A DNA stretch of 35,994 nt from Rickettsiales bacterium (GTDB taxonomy: Bacteria; Pseudomonadota; Alphaproteobacteria; Rs-D84), in the NCBI GenBank assembly GCA_031263295.1, contig JAISGC010000057.1:1-35994 (forward strand), read 5' to 3'. Positions 7,888-16,220 of the stretch are shown one piece after another. The translations under genes were made by a program, and so were the position numbers. The notes below the pieces were generated by a model. The model ran no database searches. It was not told the DNA's origin and worked only from the letters and a program-made list of their open reading frames with translations. Positions within the stretch are counted from its first letter, which is position 1; each line of letters opens with the position of its first letter.

Positions 7888-9528
7888 GTGAAAAATTACG
7901 ATGTCATTATTATCGGGGGCGGGCATGCGGGCGTAGAGGCGGCGGCCGCCGCCGCGAGGCGAGGGGCGCACGCGCTGCTTTTGACCAAGGCGGCGGCGGA
8001 CCTTGGGGCGATGAGTTGCAACCCTTCCATAGGCGGGCCGGGCAAATCCCAGATGGTCGGCGAGATGGCCGCACTCGGCGGAGTGATGCCGCGGGCCGCC
8101 GATGCCGCGGGCATTCAATTTCGGATGCTGAACGCAACGCACGGGCCCGCGACCCAGGCCCTTCGCGCGCAGATTGATCGCGATTTATATCGGGCCGCCG
8201 TCTCACGAATCACGAGCCACGAACCACGAATCACGATTGAATATGAATCTGTCGAAACACTCGATTTGGAAAACAAAATCGTCAATGGGAAATATCGGGC
8301 CAAGGCGCTGGTTTTGACAACGGGGACTTTTCTGAACGGCCTCGCGACCAGGGGCGCGGAACGCATCCCATCGGGGCGGCTGATGGACGATGGGAACTAT
8401 CAGGATGCGACGGCCGGAATATCGGAAATACTCAAAAAGGCCGGTTTTTCGATGCTGCGATTAAAGACCGGAACGCCCGCGCGATTGTTTGCCGATTCAA
8501 TCAATTTCGCCGTTTGCGAGGAGCAAAAGGGGGATGAGCCGCACGAATGGTTTAGTTTAGGGGTTAGGGGCCAGGGGTTAGGGGTTAGTTGTTTCATAAC
8601 TCACACAACGGAGGAGACGCACGATATTATAAGGGACAATATTGCGGCGGCGCCGATGTATAACGGGGGCATAGAGGGCATCGGGCCGCGATATTGCCCA
8701 AGCATCGAGGACAAGGTTATGAAGTTCCCCGAGCACCTGTCGCACCATATTTTCTTGGAGCCCGAGACGCGGGCGGGCGATGTGATTTATCCGAACGGCC
8801 TGTCGACTTCGTTCGGCGCCGATATTCAGGACCGGTTTTTGCGGACGATTCCGGGACTCGAAAATGTGCGCGTCGCCCGATACGGATACGCGATTGAATA
8901 TGACGCCATCGATGCGCGGGCTTTGCGGCCGTCGTTGGAGGCGCGGATGCTGCCCGGTCTTTTTTTCGCGGGCCAGATAAACGGGACATCGGGATACGAA
9001 GAGGCGGCCGCGCAGGGGCTGGTCGCCGGGGCAAATGCCGCTGCCTTCGCACTGGGCGGCGCGCCGCTCGAACTCGACCGGACCAATTCTATGATCGGCG
9101 TTATGATTGACGACATTACGACCCTCGGCGTCGACGAGCCTTATAGAATGTTCACCAGCCGCGCCGAATATAGATTGCAATTGCGGAGCGACAATGCCAT
9201 TTTTCGTATTGGACCGCGGGCGGTAGAACTTGGATTGCTGGCGCGGGATGTTTATGAACAAATGAGCAATGAGCAATTAGCAACCCGCAATGAGGTGGAC
9301 AAACTTTACGCCGGTTATATTGCGCGGCAGAATGCGCAGATTGAAAAAATGCGGCGGGACAAATTGGTCAAAATCCCGGTCGGATTGGACTTTTCCGCCC
9401 TGTCGGGATTGACCAACGAACTTGTGCAAAAGCTCGCGGCGGCGCGGCCCGACAATCTCGCCGCCGCGATGCGCATTCCCGGAATGACGCCCGCCGCCGC
9501 GATGGTAATCTTGTCCGCGATTAAATAG
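7888..9528 (+). CDS. mnmG: tRNA uridine 5-carboxymethylaminomethyl modification enzyme MnmG (GidA), shortened
   Basis: GGGHAGVEAA, MSCNPSIGG, RLKTGTPAR, GPRYCPSIEDK, AGQINGTSGYEEAAAQG, EPYRMFTSRAEYRL. Confidence 0.96.
   Translation: MKNYDVIIIGGGHAGVEAAAAAARRGAHALLLTKAAADLGAMSCNPSIGGPGKSQMVGEMAALGGVMPRAADAAGIQFRMLNATHGPATQALRAQIDRDLYRAAVSRITSHEPRITIEYESVETLDLENKIVNGKYRAKALVLTTGTFLNGLATRGAERIPSGRLMDDGNYQDATAGISEILKKAGFSMLRLKTGTPARLFADSINFAVCEEQKGDEPHEWFSLGVRGQGLGVSCFITHTTEETHDIIRDNIAAAPMYNGGIEGIGPRYCPSIEDKVMKFPEHLSHHIFLEPETRAGDVIYPNGLSTSFGADIQDRFLRTIPGLENVRVARYGYAIEYDAIDARALRPSLEARMLPGLFFAGQINGTSGYEEAAAQGLVAGANAAAFALGGAPLELDRTNSMIGVMIDDITTLGVDEPYRMFTSRAEYRLQLRSDNAIFRIGPRAVELGLLARDVYEQMSNEQLATRNEVDKLYAGYIARQNAQIEKMRRDKLVKIPVGLDFSALSGLTNELVQKLAAARPDNLAAAMRIPGMTPAAAMVILSAIK
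8203..8237 (+). repeat. intragenic heptamer array (TCACGAA x5, imperfect)
   Basis: tcacgaa tcacgag ccacgaa ccacgaa tcacgat, read as SRITSHEPRIT in mnmG. Confidence 0.85.
8557..8588 (+). repeat. intragenic heptamer array (TTAGGGG x4.5, imperfect)
   Basis: ttagggg ttagggg ccagggg ttagggg ttag, read as LGVRGQGLGVS in mnmG. Confidence 0.85.
9261..9295 (+). repeat. intragenic heptamer array (AATGAGC x5, degenerate)
   Basis: aatgagc aatgagc aattagc aacccgc aatgagg, read as MSNEQLATRNE in mnmG. Confidence 0.75.
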
Positions 9529-9997
9529 TTTCTTCCAAAAATGCCGATTCCAAAAGACGCGCGGCCTCCGCGTCGGAGAGCCCCGCGGTCTCCAAATATT
9601 TTATCTGCGGCGCGCCCGGACGCCAGAGCGACGCCGAATGCGTCGCCGATTTCGGAATAGAACCTATGCGCTGGGCCGGGGTCATTTTCAAGGATTTCAT
9701 TTTCGGCGACGCCAGGACCGCGAATGAAATATCGGATTCGCCGCCGGGCGCGTTCGGCGGTATGACCGCCGTGGCCGACAATGTATTTTCCGAACCCGCG
9801 CCCGCGAGCAGCTTTATTTCTATCTTGTGATTTCCGGTCGCGGTTATTTCTAGCGTCAGCCGCCCCGTGTTTTTAATTATCGCTTTGGCCGCGCCCGTCA
9901 GGTTCGCGCGGATATGCGCCGCATCGTCCACGACAATCCGCGGCGGCAAATCCGTCAGAGTAATATCGCCCTTGATAGTCGCAACATTGTGTGTCAT
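9521..9997 (-). CDS. minimal SufD/SufB-family protein (C-terminal part only)
   Basis: ATHSAS...QIKYLETAGLSDAEAARLLESAFL resembles the SufB/D C-terminus (xHGAT...QLFYLxSRGLxxxEAxxLIxxGF). Confidence 0.65.
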   Translation of the reverse strand: MTHNVATIKGDITLTDLPPRIVVDDAAHIRANLTGAAKAIIKNTGRLTLEITATGNHKIEIKLLAGAGSENTLSATAVIPPNAPGGESDISFAVLASPKMKSLKMTPAQRIGSIPKSATHSASLWRPGAPQIKYLETAGLSDAEAARLLESAFLEETI

Positions 9998-10023
9998 AGT
10001 GCCCCTATTATAAAGGATTTGTT

Positions 10024-11091
10024 ATGGGTTTCAATTGCGGAATAGTCGGATTACCAAATGTGGGGAAATCAACATTGTTTAACGCTTTGACTGCGACCAT
10101 CGCGGCCGACGCGCAGAACTATCCGTTCTGCACCATCGAGCCGAATCTCGGAAAGGTGGTCGTGCCCGACGACACCTTGGCGCGGCTGGCGGCGTTCGAG
10201 AAATCCGTCAAGGTCATTCCGGCGCAACTCGAAATCGTAGACATTGCCGGGCTGGTCAAGGGCGCCGCGGCGGGCGAGGGGCTCGGCAACAAGTTCCTTG
10301 GGCACATTCAGGCGACCGATGCGATTATTCATATGGTGCGCTGTTTCGAGAACGACGATATTGTTCATGTCAGCGGGCGCATCGATCCCATCGCCGACAT
10401 AGAGGTCATTCGGACCGAACTGGCTCTGGCCGATTTGGAATCTTTGGACAAGCAGATGAAAAATCTTGAAAAGAAAACCCATGCCAACGATAAGGCCGCG
10501 ATTCTTTCGCTGGCCGCGGCGAAGGAAATAAAGGCGAAGTTGGAGGCGGGCGAAACAATCACCGGCGAGGGCGCGGGGTTCAATCTGTTGTCGTCGAAAC
10601 CCGTCATTTATGTCTGCAATGTCGACGAGAAATCGGCCGCATCCGGCAATGATTTTTCCCGGTCCGTTTGCGCTTTTCTTCCAAAAGAGCCGGTGTTGGT
10701 TATCTCGTCAAAAATCGAATCAGAGATTGCGCAGCTGGCAAATCCGGACGAGCGGAAAATGTTTTTGGAAGACCTCGGATTGGCGGAATCGGGATTGTCG
10801 AAAATAATCAAGGCGGGATATGCGGCGCTCGGCCTTGAAACATTCTATACCGCCGGGCCGAAAGAAGCCCACGCCTGGACAATCAAAAAGGGCAGCACCG
10901 CGCCCGAGGCCGCCGGAAAGATTCATACCGATTTCGAGAAGGGATTCATCCGCGCGGAAATTATCCGACCCGAAGACTGGTTCGGGCTCGGGGGCGAGGT
11001 TGCGGTAAAGGCCGCCGGAAAGATGCAATTGGTCGGCAAAGAATATGTTATGAAAGACGGCGATATTGCCAATTTCTTATTCAATGTTTAG
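10024..11091 (+). CDS. ychF: ribosome-binding ATPase YchF
   Basis: GIVGLPNVGKSTLFNALT, NYPFCTIEPN, DIAGLVKGA, AGKIHTDFEKGFIRAE. Confidence 0.97.
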   Translation: MGFNCGIVGLPNVGKSTLFNALTATIAADAQNYPFCTIEPNLGKVVVPDDTLARLAAFEKSVKVIPAQLEIVDIAGLVKGAAAGEGLGNKFLGHIQATDAIIHMVRCFENDDIVHVSGRIDPIADIEVIRTELALADLESLDKQMKNLEKKTHANDKAAILSLAAAKEIKAKLEAGETITGEGAGFNLLSSKPVIYVCNVDEKSAASGNDFSRSVCAFLPKEPVLVISSKIESEIAQLANPDERKMFLEDLGLAESGLSKIIKAGYAALGLETFYTAGPKEAHAWTIKKGSTAPEAAGKIHTDFEKGFIRAEIIRPEDWFGLGGEVAVKAAGKMQLVGKEYVMKDGDIANFLFNV

Positions 11092-12611
11092 GCCCAGATT
11101 TCGAGAATCTGGTCGCGGACGGATTGGATTTGGGCGGCAGGGGCGGATTCGGAAATCATTGCGTCCAGCTGCTTTTTAAGCGCGATTTCGCGAATGACCT
11201 TTTTCGCCGTTTCCTCTGTCATCCTTGATTCGTAAGGATCGGAGGGGTCGGCCGCGCCCAAAAGCTCGAAGTTGTCGCCGTAAAGCTCCGGGAACTTTCG
11301 CGCGATTTCATTCACAAGGTGCGCGGCGCGGTCGGTCGGATCGGGCGCCCGCATCTCCGGCTTTATTTCGCGGCGGTATTTGTTCCACTGCTCCCATTCT
11401 TTGTTTTTAAGGACCAGAAGGTATTCGTTCTTTAACATCAGGTCCGGGATTTTTTCGTATTCCGCGCGGAGCCACCGGTCCGCGTTCACCCGGCCGCTTT
11501 CGGTCATAACCGGATAATTGTTATTCGCGAGCGTCCAGACGAAATCGGGAAGCGCCGCGGCCGCGTTTATTATCGGATCCATCGAGCCGCCCGCCGTCAG
11601 GATTTCGTCCGGGTCTTTGCCGCCGTCTACGAAAGCAAATCTTATCGTATGCTCGGCTTTCAGCAGCGGCATAACCAGGCCCGCCGCCCGCGCCGCCGCC
11701 TTTTGCCCTGCGGTGTCGCCGTCGAAGCAGAAGACCAATTCTTTCGCATATTTCAGTAATATTTCGATGTGCTCCGCGGTCAGTGCCGTGCCCAAGGGCG
11801 CGATGGTTTCGCCGTATCCGTGCGTCTGCATCTGCATGCAATCTATTTGCCCCTCGACCACAATCGCGCGTTTTTTCAGCCGGATTTCGGGCAGGGCGAA
11901 GTTGATTCCAAATAGCGTTCGCCTTTTGGCGAAGAACTCGGTTTCGGCTATGTTCATATATTTGGGCTCGCTGCCGTCAAGCGACCGGCCCGAAAACGCG
12001 ACCACGCGGCCGCGGATGTCGATTATCGGAAACATCAATCGGTTGCGGAAAAAGTCATAGTCCGCGCCGCCGTGGGTCGAATGGCGGGTCAGCCCGGCCG
12101 CCAATCCGTCGGGGCCGAAGCGGGCGGCGACGGGGCTGTTTTTCGGAGCATATCCGAGGCCGTATTTTTCGACGACCGCCGCGGGAAGTTTCCGACGCGC
12201 CAAATATTCCGCCGCCGGGGAGCCGGGCAGGGCGGCGATATAGATATTCATGGCCGCCGCCATCGTGTCGAAATATTTATTCTCGCGGGATTCTTCTTCC
12301 GGGTCGCGGGGGCGAAAATCGGGCATTTTCATTCCGGCGATTCCGGCCAGCTCCTTTATCGCGTCGATGTATCCCATTCCGAACTTTTTCATTAAAAATG
12401 TTATGACATCGCCGCCTTCGCCGCAGCCGAAGCACTTGAAGATTCCGCGCTCTTCGGAGACCGAAAAACTCGGCGTCTTCTCGTTATGAAACGGGCAGCA
12501 GCCCCACCAGTTCTGGCCCTTGGGTTTCAGCGGCACCGACCGGCCGATTATGTCCACGATGGACACGCGGCTTTTGAGCTGTTCGACGAAGGGTTTTAGG
12601 TTTTCGGACAT
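11088..12611 (-). CDS. dnaG: DNA primase
   Basis: CPFHNEKTPSF...CFGC Zn ribbon, FRNRLMFPI, PKYMN, VEGQID, CFDGDTAG TOPRIM; start at MSENLK. Confidence 0.96.
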   Translation of the reverse strand: MSENLKPFVEQLKSRVSIVDIIGRSVPLKPKGQNWWGCCPFHNEKTPSFSVSEERGIFKCFGCGEGGDVITFLMKKFGMGYIDAIKELAGIAGMKMPDFRPRDPEEESRENKYFDTMAAAMNIYIAALPGSPAAEYLARRKLPAAVVEKYGLGYAPKNSPVAARFGPDGLAAGLTRHSTHGGADYDFFRNRLMFPIIDIRGRVVAFSGRSLDGSEPKYMNIAETEFFAKRRTLFGINFALPEIRLKKRAIVVEGQIDCMQMQTHGYGETIAPLGTALTAEHIEILLKYAKELVFCFDGDTAGQKAAARAAGLVMPLLKAEHTIRFAFVDGGKDPDEILTAGGSMDPIINAAAALPDFVWTLANNNYPVMTESGRVNADRWLRAEYEKIPDLMLKNEYLLVLKNKEWEQWNKYRREIKPEMRAPDPTDRAAHLVNEIARKFPELYGDNFELLGAADPSDPYESRMTEETAKKVIREIALKKQLDAMISESAPAAQIQSVRDQILEIWA

Positions 12612-12668
12612 TTGAGTTCGAGTTTGAGTTTGAGTGGAGCTCGACTCAAACTCCAACTCGAACTCAAA
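12611..12668. repeat. hexamer-armed hairpin (GAGTTT) filling the whole topA-dnaG spacer
   Basis: TTTGAGTTCGAGTTTGAGTTTGAGT-GGAGCTCG-ACTCAAACTCCAACTCGAACTCAAA. Confidence 0.9.
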
Positions 12669-14879
12669 CTATTTATTCCATTTTCTCTTAAAAGCGCTGG
12701 GCTTTTTGTTGTTTATGAGGTCGGCGGCCGCGTCGAGGTCGGGCTGCTCCTTGACGCTGACATTGACCTTGTTGCTCGAAATATATGGTCCGAAGCGGCC
12801 GGTCGGATAGAACAGAATCTCGGCGTCGGTCTTGGGATTTTTGCCGAGTTTTATCGGCTCGGATTTTTGACCGACCGCCGCCAGCAGCTCTTTGGCGATT
12901 TCAAGCGTTATGGTTTCGCGGGTGTATTTTTTCGCGCTCGCGTTTTTCGTCCCGTCCGAAACATAGGGGCCGAAGCGGCCTGTCTTGAACGAGATGCCTT
13001 CGCCGAGGTCGGGCGATAAATCGCTTTGATCCTTGGATTCGGAGGACGCGAGGTTTTTAATGTATTTGCAATCGGGATAATTCTTGCAGGATATGAACGC
13101 GCCGAAGCGACCCTGGCGGATGCCGAGCTCGCCGCCGCAGTCGGGGCATTTGGTGCCGCCCGCGAGAAAATGAGGCGCAAGGTCGGCCGACATTTTATCC
13201 CAGACATCTTTAATCGGAACCGCCGCCGCCGCCGCCGCCCAGTCCGCGAACGGCGACCAGAAGCCTTTGAGGACTTTGGAGCGGTCGGCCGTGCCGTTCG
13301 ACACATCGTCCAGCGCATCCTCGGTCTTGGCCGTGAAGTCGACCTGAATCAGCTGGTTGAAGTAATCGGTCAGAAATGTCGAGACCAGCCATCCGGCGGG
13401 GGTCGGCGTAAAGCGCCGACCGCGGTCGACATCGACATACTGGCGGTCGACGATTGTCGACATAATGGAGGCGTAGGTGGACGGGCGGCCGATGCCGAGC
13501 TCCTCCATTTTTTTCACAAGGGAGGCCTCGGTAAAGCGCGGAGGCGGCTGAGTAAAATGCTGGTCCGACTGATACTTTTCGACCGGCACGATGTCGCCGA
13601 CCGCAAGCGGAGGAAGGGCCGCGTCGTTTTCTTTGTCCGTTTCCTCGTCCGTCGATTCGTCGTAGGCTTTCAGGAATCCGTCGAAAATCAAAGTCTGGCC
13701 GGTGGCGTGGAATTGCGCCGTTTTATCGGCGGCGAAATCGACCGCGACCGCGTCGAACAGGGCGTTGGTCATCTGGCAGGCGAGCGTCCGTTTCCAAATC
13801 AAATCGTAGAGCTTCGCCTCGTCGCCATCGAGCGCGGGCGCGGGGCCGAAGTGGGTCGGACGCACGGCCTCGTGAGCCTCCTGCGCGTTCTTTTGTTTTT
13901 TCGCATAGACATTCGGCGCGGCGGGAAGATATTTCGCGCCGTATTCCGAACCTATGAAATCGCGCATCTCGGCCAACGCATCCGCCGAAAGATTCGTCGA
14001 ATCGGTTCGCATATAGGTTATGAATCCCTGCTCGTAAAGGTGCTGGGCCGCCGACATCGTGCGCTTGGACGAGAAATGCAATTTCCGCGCCGATTCCTGT
14101 TGCAAGGTCGAGGTCGTGAAGGGCGCGAAGGGCCGCCGCGTCGTCTGTTTCTTTTCGACCGAGATAACCTCTATCGTCTTATGCGGTTTCAGGGCGGCCA
14201 GGATTTCGTCGGCCTCGGCCTTGGAACCGATGGTCATTTTCTCTATTTTTTTCGCGCCGAACTTCGACAGGTGCGCGGCAAAGCCGCAGAGCGCATCGAT
14301 GGACCAATACTCTTGCGCGCGAAACGCCTCGATTTCTTTTTCCCGCGCGACCACCAGCCAGACCGCGACGGACTGAACGCGTCCCGCGGATTTGCCGACC
14401 GACTTTTTCCACAAAACCGGCGACAGGTTGAAGCCTATCAAATAGTCCAGCGCGCGGCGGACCAGATACGCGTCGACCAAGTTCTGGTCTATTTCGCGCG
14501 GATGCTTCAATTGCTCCATAACCGCGGTTTTGGTAATTTCGTGGAAGGCGACGCGGAAGACTTTTTTGCCCGCGAGCGCTTTCTTCTCGTTCAATATCGA
14601 AAGGATGTGCCATGAAATGGCCTCTCCCTCGCGGTCCGGATCGGACGCCAGATAGACTTCGTCGGCCTTTTTAACCTCGTCCACAATCTGCTTTATGACC
14701 TTTTCCTTGCCGGGCATAATCTGCCACTTCGGGGCGAAATCGTTCGCGACATCGATGCTGCCGTTTTCGGGCACAAGGTCGCGCACATGGCCGACCGAGG
14801 CTATGACGCGCCAGCCCTTGCCGAGATATTTCTCAATCGTTTTGGCCTTGGCCGGAGATTCAACAATCATTAGATTCAT
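12669..14879 (-). CDS. topA: DNA topoisomerase I
   Basis: IVESPAKAKTI, SDPDREGEAI, SAGRVQS, ITYMRTDS, AQEAHEAVRPT, GIGRPSTYA, C4 Zn ribbon and GRFGPY repeats. Confidence 0.97.
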   Translation of the reverse strand: MNLMIVESPAKAKTIEKYLGKGWRVIASVGHVRDLVPENGSIDVANDFAPKWQIMPGKEKVIKQIVDEVKKADEVYLASDPDREGEAISWHILSILNEKKALAGKKVFRVAFHEITKTAVMEQLKHPREIDQNLVDAYLVRRALDYLIGFNLSPVLWKKSVGKSAGRVQSVAVWLVVAREKEIEAFRAQEYWSIDALCGFAAHLSKFGAKKIEKMTIGSKAEADEILAALKPHKTIEVISVEKKQTTRRPFAPFTTSTLQQESARKLHFSSKRTMSAAQHLYEQGFITYMRTDSTNLSADALAEMRDFIGSEYGAKYLPAAPNVYAKKQKNAQEAHEAVRPTHFGPAPALDGDEAKLYDLIWKRTLACQMTNALFDAVAVDFAADKTAQFHATGQTLIFDGFLKAYDESTDEETDKENDAALPPLAVGDIVPVEKYQSDQHFTQPPPRFTEASLVKKMEELGIGRPSTYASIMSTIVDRQYVDVDRGRRFTPTPAGWLVSTFLTDYFNQLIQVDFTAKTEDALDDVSNGTADRSKVLKGFWSPFADWAAAAAAVPIKDVWDKMSADLAPHFLAGGTKCPDCGGELGIRQGRFGAFISCKNYPDCKYIKNLASSESKDQSDLSPDLGEGISFKTGRFGPYVSDGTKNASAKKYTRETITLEIAKELLAAVGQKSEPIKLGKNPKTDAEILFYPTGRFGPYISSNKVNVSVKEQPDLDAAADLINNKKPSAFKRKWNK

Positions 14880-14936
14880 TTTGATTCCTTTGCCCGAGCA
14901 TTTAACTATTTATTTTATATATTTGCAACTCACAGA

Positions 14937-16091
14937 TTATCCTCCCTTGGCGGAAAGTTGCAAATCCCTATGCACCCAGCAGTTCTGCACCAGTCCGAAG
15001 CCGAACATCAGCGATAGTAGCGCCGAGCCGCCGAAACTAAACAGAGGCAGCGGCACGCCGACGGTCGGAAGCAGCCCCATATTCATACCTATGTTTATAA
15101 AGTAATAGGCGAACCAGTTTATCGCGAATCCGAATATCATCAATTGCGCGTATCGGGATCGGCACAATCGCGCCATTCTGTAAAGCATTATCGCGATTCC
15201 GAAAAAAAGCCCGAGCAAAACTATGCCGCCGAAAAAGCCCAACTCCTCCCCCGTCAGCGTCCATATGAAGTCCGTCTGCTTTTCGGGCAGGAACTGGTTC
15301 TGGCCCTGGGTGCCGCGGGCGAATCCTTTGCCCGACATTCCGCCCGAGCCGAAGGCTATTTTCGCCTGCGTTATCTGGTATCCGGCCCCCTTCGCGTCGT
15401 GGTCCGGGTTCACGAATGTTATTATACGCGCGCGCTGATATGGATGCATCGCCGTATGCCATACGACCGGCGCGGCCAAAATCGCCGCCATCGCCGCGAT
15501 AACGAACCAGTTTTTATTCGCGCCGACAATAAAGAACATACATACGATTTGCAGCGCCAAAGTCATACCTGTTCCGAGGTCCGGCTGGGCGACTATGAAC
15601 GCGAACGGAATCAGAAAGAGCAGGGTGGGAATCGCGTAGTTTTTAATCTGCGAAACCTGGCCCGAGTTATACCAGGCGAAGTATCTGGCCAGCACCAGCG
15701 CGAGCGTTATCTTTATGAACTCGGAGGGCTGAATCGTAATGAATCCGAGGTTCAGCCATCTTTGCGCGCCCATTCCGGTGTGCCCTATGAAGTTCACGGC
15801 CACAACCAGCAGAACCGCGATTCCGAAATAAAAATAGGCGAACTTTATCCATGTCTTTATGTTCGACGCCGCGACCGCGAAATATACGACCAGGCCGAGC
15901 GCTATTTTCCCAAGCTGCGGCAAGACATAGGGCCCTACCTTGCCGCCGCCCGCCGAATAGAGCATAACCAACGAATATCCGAGCAGGCAGAATATCAATA
16001 GCGTCAATGGCCACGACATCTGGCGGATGCGCTCGGCGACGCCGATATTCTCGCTCCGCGCGGTCCTGGTGTGGAATAGATTTTTAGACAT
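14937..16091 (-). CDS. rodA: rod shape-determining SEDS protein RodA
   Basis: GAQRWL, IQPSEFIK, QPDLGT, GYQITQAKIAFGSGG, FLPEKQTDFI, GVPLPLFSFGGS; downstream of mrdA. Confidence 0.95.
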   Translation of the reverse strand: MSKNLFHTRTARSENIGVAERIRQMSWPLTLLIFCLLGYSLVMLYSAGGGKVGPYVLPQLGKIALGLVVYFAVAASNIKTWIKFAYFYFGIAVLLVVAVNFIGHTGMGAQRWLNLGFITIQPSEFIKITLALVLARYFAWYNSGQVSQIKNYAIPTLLFLIPFAFIVAQPDLGTGMTLALQIVCMFFIVGANKNWFVIAAMAAILAAPVVWHTAMHPYQRARIITFVNPDHDAKGAGYQITQAKIAFGSGGMSGKGFARGTQGQNQFLPEKQTDFIWTLTGEELGFFGGIVLLGLFFGIAIMLYRMARLCRSRYAQLMIFGFAINWFAYYFINIGMNMGLLPTVGVPLPLFSFGGSALLSLMFGFGLVQNCWVHRDLQLSAKGG

Positions 16092-16100
16092 AGCTTTTAT

Positions 16101-16220
16101 AGAGAATAAGAGAATAAGAGAATAAGAGAATAAGAGAATGGAACTTGCGGAGTCGCAAACGCCATTCTCTTATTCTCTGCAAACGCGAAGCGTTTGCATT
16201 CTCTTATTCTCTAATTCTCT
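16101..16220. repeat. octamer-armed hairpin (AGAGAATA), 5 vs 5 units, with a small nested hairpin
   Basis: (AGAGAATA)5 GAAC...CCATTCTCTTATTCTCT [GCAAACGCGAAGCGTTTGC] ATTCTCTTATTCTCTAATTCTCT; overlaps the mrdA TAG. Confidence 0.9.
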
